The position numbers and the translations under genes are program-made. The notes under the pieces were generated by a model. It was not told the DNA's origin. It ran no database searches and was given only the letters and a program-made list of their open reading frames with translations. Shown one piece after another: positions 1 through 8,553 of a DNA stretch of 64,000 nt. The stretch is from an uncultured Gemmatimonadales bacterium (lineage in GTDB: Bacteria > Gemmatimonadota > Gemmatimonadetes > Longimicrobiales > Gaopeijiaceae). The number at the start of each line of letters is the position of its first letter. Within the stretch, counting starts at the first letter, position 1. The stretch is from assembly GCA_963809895.1 (NCBI GenBank), contig CAWELD010000003.1:64001-128000 (forward strand). The letters are read 5' to 3'.

Positions 1-1060
1 CCGCGTAGGCGGGCTTACGGTTCAGGTTCGAGTCCAGGAGTCCCATGTGGGCGAAATTCGACAATCCCTGGGCTCGGTCCGGGGGCAGCCCCAGCGCGTC
101 GATGTCCAGGTCCGTGAAGGTGAGCATCACCCAGGCCCGGGCGTCGATGCCGTCCAGGAGCGTTTCGTAACGCTTGAGGAAGTCGACCTGCTGTTGTGGC
201 GTGCCCGTGGCCCAGGGCACCGTGGCCGAGCTCCATCCCCCCTCCACCATGAGAAGGGGGAGATCCGTGGCATCGTCGAAGGGCGTGAAGTAGTCGTCGG
301 GGATGTCGTCGGGACTGTCGAAGGCGAAGACCGGATACGAGGACAGCCCCAGTGCGTCGATGTCGTAGTCGTCGATGAGGGCGAAATGGTCGATGACGGG
401 ATCCCCCAGCTTGCCGTTGGCCTGATCGGCCTGGAACGAGACGAACACCTTCGTGCCCGGGCTCCGCTGACGGACCTGCGGCGCCAGGTCGTTGATCATG
501 CCCAGCACGGCGGCGTAGAGATCGGGGTCACCCAGCGCCGCCAGCGTGTTGATCTCCGACGCCAGGCCGAACCATTCGGGCTGCACCCTCGAGGCGATCT
601 TCAGCACCCATTCGTCGTGCAGGGCCCGGATCTCCGGCTCCTCGATGCTCCGGCCGGCCGTCACCAGTCCGGGATCCTCCTTGCGCCGGTCCAACCCGTC
701 CAGGGGATCGACCAGGAAGATGATGTCCAGGCCCTTGAGGCGGAGGAAATCAGCCAGCCCGCCCCGGTCCTCCACCAGGCTGTCCAGCGATGCGCCGGCG
801 AGGATCTGCGCCCACGGCACCGGTTGCTGGATGATGGTGATGTCCGCCACCTGCGCCATGGAATCCACGAGCTGGAGCAGGAGCTCGGTGTCCGGCCGGG
901 GTGCCCCAGGCGCGAAGCCCATGGCATAGGTGCGCGCCGGGGTGTCGTCGGGCGGCTCGGGCGGGCCCGACCCGTCATCGGAGCCGCCGCACCCCGGGAC
1001 CACCAGGGCCCCGAGGGCGACGATCGCGCCGAGCCGCACCCACCCCACGCCGCGCTTCAT
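1..1060 (-). CDS. Lipoprotein, probable clan GH-A (TIM-barrel) glycoside hydrolase-like protein; 3' end runs off the window
   Basis: Not in the ORF track; translated by hand. ATG at 1060 overlaps the upstream stop (ATGA). MKRGVGWVRLGAIVALGALVVPG-C lipobox, then FGLASEIN, ALGLSSYP, FLMVEGGWSS and MGLLDSNLNRKPAY segments typical of GH-A barrels. Frame is open to the window edge. Confidence 0.7.
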   Translation of the reverse strand, partial: MKRGVGWVRLGAIVALGALVVPGCGGSDDGSGPPEPPDDTPARTYAMGFAPGAPRPDTELLLQLVDSMAQVADITIIQQPVPWAQILAGASLDSLVEDRGGLADFLRLKGLDIIFLVDPLDGLDRRKEDPGLVTAGRSIEEPEIRALHDEWVLKIASRVQPEWFGLASEINTLAALGDPDLYAAVLGMINDLAPQVRQRSPGTKVFVSFQADQANGKLGDPVIDHFALIDDYDIDALGLSSYPVFAFDSPDDIPDDYFTPFDDATDLPLLMVEGGWSSATVPWATGTPQQQVDFLKRYETLLDGIDARAWVMLTFTDLDIDALGLPPDRAQGLSNFAHMGLLDSNLNRKPAYA

Positions 1061-3669
1061 CGCCCGCCGGTCTTCTCCTGCTCCACCTGGAGCTGGACGA
1101 TGTCGGCGTTCCAGCGGTGGTCGCCGAGCAGGTTCTTCACGAAGTACTCGGCCCGCAGCCAGTACCAGTAATCGCTCATGTTGCCGTAGCCGTGGCGGGC
1201 GTCGGGGAACGCGAAGAAGTCGAAGCGCTTGTTGGCCTTGATGAGCGCCGCGGCCATGCGAAGCGTGTTGGCCGGGTGGACGTTGTTGTCCGCGGTGCCG
1301 GTGGTGAGAAGCAGGTGGCCTTTCAGGTTGGCCGCCAGGTCCGGGTTCTTGTCGATGGAATACTCGAACGACACCTCGCCTTCGTCGTCCACCACCTCCT
1401 TGACCCCGTGGTGCGTCTCGGACCACCAACGGTTGTAGATGTCGTTGGTGTGGTTGCCCGACGACGACACGGCCACCTTGAAGAAGTCCGGATAGACGAG
1501 CATGGCCGCGGTGGACATGAATCCGCCGCCGGAGTGTCCGTAGATGCCGACCCGGTCCAGATCGATGAAGTCGAAGCGGTCCGCGAGCTGCTCCGCGGCG
1601 GCCTTCTTATCGGCCAGGCCGTAATCGCGCAGGTTGCCGTATCCGTAGTTGTGGTACCACTTCGAGCGCTCGGGGCTGCCGCCGCGGTTCCCCACCGTGA
1701 TGACGATCATGCCGAACTGGGCCAGGCCCGTCTCGTAGGCCGCCGACGAGAACGACTTGGCCACCGATTCCGTCTGCGGTCCGGGATAGACGTATTCCAC
1801 GATGGGATACTGCTTCGCGGCGTCGAAGTCGAAGGGCTTGTACATCACGCCGTACAGGTCGGTGACACCGTCCGCCGCCTTCACCGAGAAGGGCTCGGGG
1901 AGCTGGTACCCGGCCGCCATGAGTTGGGAGAAGTCGGCGGTCTCGAGCTCCATGACCTGGCGTCCGGTGCGGTCCCGGAGCACGGCGGCGGGCACGGTGT
2001 TGACCCGCGAGAAGTTGTCCACGAAGAAGCGGTTCGACTCGTTCAGGCTGACCCGGTGGTCGAAATCGCCGGGATCCAGGAGCTGAAGGCCGCTCCCGTC
2101 CAGGTTCACGCGGTACAGATGGTGGTAGTACGGATCCTCGCCCTCTTCCCGGCCGTCGGCCAGGAAGTAGACCACGCCGTTGGCGTCGTCCACGCCCTCG
2201 ATGTTCCGGACCGAGAACGGACCCTGCGTGAGCTGGTTCTTCATGGTCCCGTCACGGCCGTAGCGGTACAGGTGCGCCCACCCGTCCTGTTCCGACCACC
2301 AGAGGAGATCTCCGTTGGCCAGGAGCTCCGGGTCCTGGGACTCCATGTAGGTGTTGAGGCGGTCGGCGATGACCGTGTGCGTCTCGCCGGTGGCCGCGTC
2401 GGCCAGCATCACGTCGGTCTTGTGGCGGTCGCGGCTCAGCCGGTAGAACCAGAAGTCGTCGGAGCTGTCGGAGAGCCACAGCGAGCGCCGGGGTTCCCGG
2501 GAGTCCGGGTAGTTGAACTGACGATCCGTGGCGATGGAGATGGACTCGTCCTTCCACGGCTCGTACTCCGGCTTCACCATCTGGCGGTCCTGGAGATCGT
2601 AGATCCAGACCTCCTGCTGGGTGACGTTCTCCTCGCCGGGCATGTCGTACTTGTAGGTCTCCAGCTCGGGCCGCTTGTTGCCCGTGGAGTGGATCACCCA
2701 CAGGTCGCCCACCTCGCGCTGATCCGAGCGCACGCCGGCGAAGCGCCGGGAGTCCCTGGACCAGGAGATGTTGGCGCGCTTGCGCTCGTGCTTGTGCTTC
2801 TCGACCTCGTTGTCGGTGTCGCCGCGGTCGCCCCCGCCGTAGCTGTAGTCCTCCTCGCCGTCGGTGGTGAGCTGGACCTCGTTCACCTCGACCTTCATGT
2901 CGGCGCTGTCCGCCTGGGCGCCTTCCTTGCCACGGCGGGCGTCGAGGATCTTCTGATAGTCCTCGGCGGTCATCAGGTAGAGGTTGTAGTCCCGGGCGAA
3001 GACGATGGTGTTGCCGTCGGGCGACACGCTGGCCCAGGAGGGATGATTGTCCGGCGCCTCGTAGTCCTCGAGCTCGCGCAGCGTCTGCGTGCCGATGTCG
3101 TACTCGAAGTGGAACATCTTCTTCTTCGTGCGCTGGCGCTGCTGACGACCCTGCTGCTCCTCCTGTTGCTCCTCGTCCACCTCGGTGGTGTCCTGCTTTT
3201 CTTCGTCCTGCGACGACTGCACGTCGAAGTGGATCGTGTTGCCGTCCAGGAAGCGGATGCTCCGAATGGGCAGATGCTTGGCGTTCCAGGGGTCCTTCGT
3301 GATGCGCGTCAGCTCCGCAGCCAGACGGTCCCGGTCGAAGACCTGACGCTTGGTGCCCTGCGCGGCGTCGACGATGTAGTAGAAGCTCCCTTCCGAGGTC
3401 TCCCACTCGTACCAGAAGCTCTGCGTGCCCTCGATCCAGCGCGGATTGACGGACGTGCTGTGGATGAGGTCACGGACCTTGTAGGGGGCGAAGCGCGCGG
3501 CCAGCTCGTAGTTGGCGGACCCCGGCCCGCCGACCCAGCCCTCGGGGTGGGGCGGCTCCTGTGCCACGAGCGTGGCCGGATACGAGATGGGAGCGAGGCC
3601 CGTGAGCGCCAGGGCCAGCACCAGGAACAGGCGGCGGACACGCCGGCCTGCGGGTCGGAGCGACTGCAT
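1057..3669 (-). CDS. Secreted S9B (dipeptidyl peptidase IV-like) peptidase
   Basis: 870 aa. Signal peptide, DPP IV N-terminal propeller, VYPGP, nucleophile GHSGGG, DNNVHP, RHGY. Confidence 0.92.
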   Translation of the reverse strand: MQSLRPAGRRVRRLFLVLALALTGLAPISYPATLVAQEPPHPEGWVGGPGSANYELAARFAPYKVRDLIHSTSVNPRWIEGTQSFWYEWETSEGSFYYIVDAAQGTKRQVFDRDRLAAELTRITKDPWNAKHLPIRSIRFLDGNTIHFDVQSSQDEEKQDTTEVDEEQQEEQQGRQQRQRTKKKMFHFEYDIGTQTLRELEDYEAPDNHPSWASVSPDGNTIVFARDYNLYLMTAEDYQKILDARRGKEGAQADSADMKVEVNEVQLTTDGEEDYSYGGGDRGDTDNEVEKHKHERKRANISWSRDSRRFAGVRSDQREVGDLWVIHSTGNKRPELETYKYDMPGEENVTQQEVWIYDLQDRQMVKPEYEPWKDESISIATDRQFNYPDSREPRRSLWLSDSSDDFWFYRLSRDRHKTDVMLADAATGETHTVIADRLNTYMESQDPELLANGDLLWWSEQDGWAHLYRYGRDGTMKNQLTQGPFSVRNIEGVDDANGVVYFLADGREEGEDPYYHHLYRVNLDGSGLQLLDPGDFDHRVSLNESNRFFVDNFSRVNTVPAAVLRDRTGRQVMELETADFSQLMAAGYQLPEPFSVKAADGVTDLYGVMYKPFDFDAAKQYPIVEYVYPGPQTESVAKSFSSAAYETGLAQFGMIVITVGNRGGSPERSKWYHNYGYGNLRDYGLADKKAAAEQLADRFDFIDLDRVGIYGHSGGGFMSTAAMLVYPDFFKVAVSSSGNHTNDIYNRWWSETHHGVKEVVDDEGEVSFEYSIDKNPDLAANLKGHLLLTTGTADNNVHPANTLRMAAALIKANKRFDFFAFPDARHGYGNMSDYWYWLRAEYFVKNLLGDHRWNADIVQLQVEQEKTGGR

Positions 3670-3752
3670 GACATCCTCCGTGGATCGGTCTCGAGGGTCG
3701 GTGGCCGGGTGCCAAGAGGCAGCATGGCGCTCCGGATCGCAACCAGGAGCGA

Positions 3753-3791
3753 GCGGGCGCCGGCACCCGAGGGGTGGGCGCCGGCGCCCGC
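3753..3791. terminator. Intergenic inverted repeat (terminator or mRNA stabiliser) between the two S9 genes
   Basis: GCGGGCGCCGGC (3753-3764) / GCCGGCGCCCGC (3780-3791), perfect 12 bp; no U-tail. Confidence 0.45.
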
Positions 3792-3821
3792 CGACCTGAG
3801 CATGCTGTGAGGAGCGACCCG

Positions 3822-5933
3822 TCAGGAGATCCCGGCGCGGGCCGGTAGCTCCTTCATCACCAGGCTCTCGATGAAGAACTCCATCATGCGGTCGGTGTTG
3901 ATCCCGGAGTGCCCACGGTCCGGGCCGACCTGCACCTGGAAGCTCTTCCCGGCGCGCTGCAGCGCCGTGATGAGCTGCATCATGTTCGACGGGTGGACGT
4001 TGTTGTCGGCGGTGCCGTAGTAGAGCATGAGGTCACCCTGAAGCCGGTCGGCGTAGGTCATGGCCGAGCCCGCGTCGTAGCCCGCCGTGTTCTCCTGGGG
4101 CAGCCACATGTAGCGCTCGGTGTAGATCGTGTCGTAGTTGCGCCAGTCCGTGACCGGTGACGAGGCCGACGCCGCGCTGAACACCTCGGGATGGCGCAGC
4201 AGGGCCATGACCGACGCGTAGCCTCCGTACGAGGTGCCGAAGATCCCCACGCGGTCGCCGTCCACGTAGGGGCGCTCCGCCAGCGCCCGCACGCCGGCCG
4301 CCTGATCGTCGATCTCCACCGTGCCGAGCTTCTCGTAGATGGCGTCCAGGAAGTGCTTGCCTCGCCCGGCGGCGCTGCGCGAGTCGAGGCTCACCACCAG
4401 GAATCCCAGCTCGGTGAGGGGGTTGGGCAGGGCGAAGGTCTCGCGGGCGCCGTTGGTGGCCGGGCCGGCGTACACGCTCACCAGAACCGGGTAGCGCTTG
4501 GCCGGATCGAAGTCCGACGGCTTGTTGAGCATGCCGTACAGGGTGGTCTCGCCGTCGTCGGCCATGAACTCGAACAGCTCCACCTTCTGCAGGCCCATGC
4601 GCTCGAAGCCCGACAGGTCGCTGTCCACGATGTCCGCGACCGGGTTGCCGTCGCCGTCCATGAGCCGGCTGACCGGTGCGCTGTCGTGGGTCTGGGCCAC
4701 ATCCACGAACCAGCGCCCGTCGGGTGACACGGACACCGAGTGGTTGAAGGCGGGATCGGTGAGGCGACGGTCCCCGCTTCCGTCGAGTCCCACGCGGTGC
4801 AGCTGGAGCTTCATGGGATTGTCGCCGTCCCGGGCCATGTAGTAGACCACCCCGGCCTCTTCGTCCACGCGGACCAATCCCTCGACCTCGAAGTCGTGGT
4901 GGGTCAGGGTGGTCAGCAGAGCCCCGTCGAGGTCGTAGAGGTAGTAGTTCCGGAAGCCCGTACGCTCGGAGGCCCAGATGAAGCGGTGCCCGTCGGCCAG
5001 GTACTCCATCTCCGGGGAGTTCTCCACCCAGCTCGCCGGCCATTCCTCGCGAACGATGGCCTGGCACGCTCCGGTGGCCGGATCGCACGAGGCGAGCTCC
5101 AGGACGTTCTGCCGCCGGTTGGTGCGGTGCAGGACGATGCGGCTGCCGTCGGGACTCCAGTCCACGCCGTACACGTAGTAGCCCACCACGTCGTTCTCGA
5201 AGGGCTGTCCGTCACGGATGTCCACGTGGGTCGTCTGGCCCGAGCCCACGTCGTAGACGAAGATGTCCACCACGGGATTGTCGACGCCCGCCTTCGGGTA
5301 GGCCTCCACGTCGAGGGAGTCCTGGATGGAGACCTGGTTCATCTGCAGGTAGTAGTCCGGCACCGGGTTCTCGTCGAACCGGTAATAGGCCAGCCTGGAG
5401 CCGTCCGGCGACCACCACATGGCCGTGCGCTGACCGAGCTCCTCGCCGTAGACCCAGCTCGCGGTGCCGTACTTGATCCGCCCCGTATCGCTGCCGTCGG
5501 TGGTGACCGCCACCTCGTCGGTGCCGTCGGCGCGGCTCACGTAGAGGTTCCGGTCGCGGTAGAACGCCCGCAGGCTTCCGTCCGGCGACACGGCCTCCTG
5601 GAACTGACGCCCCCGCGCCGGGCCGCCCCGGCCTCCGAAGCGGCCTCTGGCCTCGGCTTCTCCCAGGTCCGTGGCGGCCCGGGTGGCCACGTCGTAACGG
5701 TACCGGCGTCCCGCGTGCACGTACTCGAAGCTGTGGCCGTCGTCGGCCCAGGTGGCGGAAATGGCCCCGGACACCATGGCGTCGCCCATCTGACGCCGAA
5801 CCTCCTGGTAGCGGTCGTAGCGGGGCATGTTGGGCAGGCGATCCTGCGCCCGGGCATGCCCTGGCGCACCGAGCGCAAGAGAGAGGGCGAGCGCGGCGAG
5901 CACTGGCCTGGTGAGCACGCGATGGAGTTCCAT
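3822..5933 (-). CDS. Secreted S9B (DPP IV-like) peptidase
   Basis: Start moved to ATG 5933 (MELHRVL... signal peptide). WVYGEEL, WWSPDG, YPKAG, GTSYGG nucleophile, YDTIYTERYM, DNNVHP. Confidence 0.93.
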   Translation of the reverse strand: MELHRVLTRPVLAALALSLALGAPGHARAQDRLPNMPRYDRYQEVRRQMGDAMVSGAISATWADDGHSFEYVHAGRRYRYDVATRAATDLGEAEARGRFGGRGGPARGRQFQEAVSPDGSLRAFYRDRNLYVSRADGTDEVAVTTDGSDTGRIKYGTASWVYGEELGQRTAMWWSPDGSRLAYYRFDENPVPDYYLQMNQVSIQDSLDVEAYPKAGVDNPVVDIFVYDVGSGQTTHVDIRDGQPFENDVVGYYVYGVDWSPDGSRIVLHRTNRRQNVLELASCDPATGACQAIVREEWPASWVENSPEMEYLADGHRFIWASERTGFRNYYLYDLDGALLTTLTHHDFEVEGLVRVDEEAGVVYYMARDGDNPMKLQLHRVGLDGSGDRRLTDPAFNHSVSVSPDGRWFVDVAQTHDSAPVSRLMDGDGNPVADIVDSDLSGFERMGLQKVELFEFMADDGETTLYGMLNKPSDFDPAKRYPVLVSVYAGPATNGARETFALPNPLTELGFLVVSLDSRSAAGRGKHFLDAIYEKLGTVEIDDQAAGVRALAERPYVDGDRVGIFGTSYGGYASVMALLRHPEVFSAASASSPVTDWRNYDTIYTERYMWLPQENTAGYDAGSAMTYADRLQGDLMLYYGTADNNVHPSNMMQLITALQRAGKSFQVQVGPDRGHSGINTDRMMEFFIESLVMKELPARAGIS

Positions 5934-6042
5934 GGGAGTCACTCGTGAATACGTCCTGGACGTGGACCCCCCCGCACGGGAGGCCGAGACCCCGCAAGCT
6001 CGCAAAGTCCGCGGCCGCCGGGCAAGCGCACGAGAAAATCCT

Positions 6043-6131
6043 TGTCAGGTCGAATCCGGCGTGATAGCGTGCTGATCCCCGATCAATGGGGATCCGCGCC
6101 GGGAACGGGCGCCCGATGATCGCCCGATCAA
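6043..6131 (+). promoter_or_regulatory. Candidate sigma70 promoter with two TGATC-N3/4-GATCA palindromes
   Basis: TTGTCA (6043-6048) N16 TAGCGT (6065-6070). Palindromes at 6073-6085 and 6117-6130, upstream of the XRE-like gene. Confidence 0.4.
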
Positions 6132-6146
6132 AAGCTGATTGCCGCC

Positions 6147-6896
6147 ATGCTCCAGGATGTAGACGCCAACGCGCTGAGCCAGCGCCTGAGTCGCCGCCTT
6201 CGCGAGAAGGGTTGGGGGTATCAGGAATTCCACAAGAAGGTCCGGGACGCCTGTCGAGGCGCCAGGGGGAGCTCGTACGGGTCGGTCTGGTCGTACGTGA
6301 ACGGGAAGGTCACGGAGCCCAGGCCCACGGTGGTGCGGGCCATGGCGGACGTGCTGGATCTGCGATACGAGTGGCTGGTGTCGGGCGACGGGCCCGAGAC
6401 GCGTGAGCACGCGGCACGCAAGGCAGCGCTTCAGGAAGAACCGGGTGCGGAGGATCAACGCCACCTCGAGCGCCTCATGAAGGCCATGGAGCGAGCGCGG
6501 GCGCGGCTTCCCGCTACGCACGTCGGGCTGCTTTCCCGGCGTGACCACGTGCTCGAGAACCTCGTGATCGATCTCCTCACGTCGCAGGGCCGCGGGCTCG
6601 AGACCTACGGCGAGGGTGAGGTGGCCGAGGCCGTGGGCCTGGTGGCCTGGCTGCTCGGTCTGCCTCTGGTGATGCTCGGCCAGGAAGCGCTCCTCAAGCG
6701 ACCCGGCGGTGGCGAGCGGTACGTCATGGCCATGGCCACCGCCCTCCGCGTCGCGCTCCCTCCAAGCCCCGAAGGGCGTCCGTTGAACGCGCTGGCGCGC
6801 ATGCGCCGCCTGCGGGCGTCGTGGAACGAGCTCGAGGCCGAAGCGCCCGCGATCACGAACGGCGACGTCTCCGGCGGGAGCACGGCGCTCCACTGA
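6147..6896 (+). CDS. XRE/Cro-CI-type HTH regulator with an unknown helical C-terminal domain
   Basis: N-terminus LSQRLSRRLREKGW...GSVWSYVNGKVTEPRPTVVRAMADVLDLRYEWLVSGDGP fits the XRE helix pattern. Confidence 0.65.
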   Translation: MLQDVDANALSQRLSRRLREKGWGYQEFHKKVRDACRGARGSSYGSVWSYVNGKVTEPRPTVVRAMADVLDLRYEWLVSGDGPETREHAARKAALQEEPGAEDQRHLERLMKAMERARARLPATHVGLLSRRDHVLENLVIDLLTSQGRGLETYGEGEVAEAVGLVAWLLGLPLVMLGQEALLKRPGGGERYVMAMATALRVALPPSPEGRPLNALARMRRLRASWNELEAEAPAITNGDVSGGSTALH

Positions 6897-6925
6897 GCGC
6901 CGGCTGTGACAGCGGAGTTCGCCGG

Positions 6926-8335
6926 CTACGGGCTCGGGCTGTCCCCGCCGTAGACCACCTGCTGCACGATCTCCAGCATCATGGCGGTGCCGCGCCGGAT
7001 GTTGTCCACGGAGATCCGCTCGTTGTTGCCGTGCACGCCGGCGTCGTCCTCCTGCGGGATCACCGTGGGCGAGAAGCCGTAGCTGGCGATCCCCAGATCC
7101 CTGGTGAAATGGCTGTCGGTGAAGCCCGTGGCCACGCTCGGAACCACGGGTGCGTCCGGATAGTAGCGACCCACCACCGACTCGATGGCGCGGTAGAGCT
7201 CGGTGTCGGTGCTGGACACCGCCGGTGAGAAGACCATGATCCGCTCCAGGCGGATGTTCGGGTCGTTGATCACCTGCTCCAGCTCGGCGATGAAGGCGTC
7301 GGGGTCCTGGTCCGGGAGCATGCGGCAGTCGATCTCCGCGCTGGCCTCGGGGGGCACCACGTTGATCTTGGGGCTTCCCTCCAGTCGAGTGAGCGAGCAG
7401 GTGTTGCGCGTCAGCCCGTGCAGGAAGGGGTCGTCCAGCTGGAGCTTCATGAGGAACTCCGGATCCTTCACCGCCGTCGCCATGTCCTGGAAGGACTCCT
7501 GCCAGCGGGGGGCTGCCCAGGGCGCGATGCCCTTGAAGTAGGCGTCCACCGCGGGCACGATGCGGGGCTCGAAGTCGTGGTCGTCCAGGTGGGCCAGCGC
7601 CCGCACGAGGCGCGTGACTGCGGTCTCCGCACGGGGCGTCGATCCGTGGCCGGGCTTGCCGCTGGCCACGAGGCGAATCCAGAAGGGGACCTTCTGCGTG
7701 ACCTCCACGCCGAAGCGGATGCGACCGTCCACCCGCGTGCCCCCGTCGCCTTCGTTGAGCAGGAGGCCCACGCCGTCGAAGCTCTCGGGGCGGTTGTCCA
7801 CCATCCAGCCGGCCCCGAAGAACCCCCCCGCCTCCTCGTCGGCCGTGGCCATGAAGACCACGTCGCGGTTCAGGGGCCGTCCGGAGCGGTGCAAGGCCAG
7901 GAACGCCTCCAGCTCCAGGATGCCCAGCGACTTGGTGTCCAGGGCGCCGCGCCCGTAGACGTAACCGTCGCGGATGTCACCGGCCAACGGGGGCACGTCC
8001 CAGTGGGACTCGTCGGCAGGCACCACGTCGGTGTGGTGCAGGAGGAGGAGCGCCGGCGCGTCGCCGCCGTCCAGCCGCGCCCAGATGTTGCCCCGCCCCG
8101 GTGCCGACTCCGCGGTCTCGTACGGGATCCCCTCCGCGTCGAAGATGCGCGCCAGGTACTCCACCGCCCGGCTCTCGTTGCCCGGCGGGTTCACCGTGTT
8201 CACGCGCAGGTACTCCTGGACCCGCTGGACCGCCTCATCGGCCAGCGCGGTGGTGTCCACGGCCTGCGCCCGCGCACCGGTCGCGGTGCACAACATGGCA
8301 AGGACGAGGGCGATGCGGATCGGCGGGCCGTTCAT
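6926..8335 (-). CDS. Secreted M20/M25/M40 family metallo-hydrolase
   Basis: Signal peptide; HTDVVPA, YGRGALDTK, DEEAGG, GHGS, GFTDS, HGNNER. Confidence 0.92.
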   Translation of the reverse strand: MNGPPIRIALVLAMLCTATGARAQAVDTTALADEAVQRVQEYLRVNTVNPPGNESRAVEYLARIFDAEGIPYETAESAPGRGNIWARLDGGDAPALLLLHHTDVVPADESHWDVPPLAGDIRDGYVYGRGALDTKSLGILELEAFLALHRSGRPLNRDVVFMATADEEAGGFFGAGWMVDNRPESFDGVGLLLNEGDGGTRVDGRIRFGVEVTQKVPFWIRLVASGKPGHGSTPRAETAVTRLVRALAHLDDHDFEPRIVPAVDAYFKGIAPWAAPRWQESFQDMATAVKDPEFLMKLQLDDPFLHGLTRNTCSLTRLEGSPKINVVPPEASAEIDCRMLPDQDPDAFIAELEQVINDPNIRLERIMVFSPAVSSTDTELYRAIESVVGRYYPDAPVVPSVATGFTDSHFTRDLGIASYGFSPTVIPQEDDAGVHGNNERISVDNIRRGTAMMLEIVQQVVYGGDSPSP

Positions 8336-8553
8336 GGACGTCTCCCGGGAGGGGCTCGGGGGGCTGGTTGCGCGGGCCCCACGTTAGCAGCCCGACCGAG
8401 GGCGCCACCAGTATCGGGGCGCCGACACGGGTGAGGCGCGGAAGGTGCGGGCGTCCGGATCGCGACGGCTTGGTGACACGCGCCGGCCGCGACGCGATTG
8501 CGCGACCCGCCGCCCGCGGCGACTGTGTGCCACTCCCAACCATCCGACTTTCC

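Noticed and set aside
47..3810. Long + strand ORFs 47-1171 and 901-3810
   Set aside because: Antisense shadows of the minus-strand lipoprotein and S9 genes, as expected from high-GC codon bias; no motifs.
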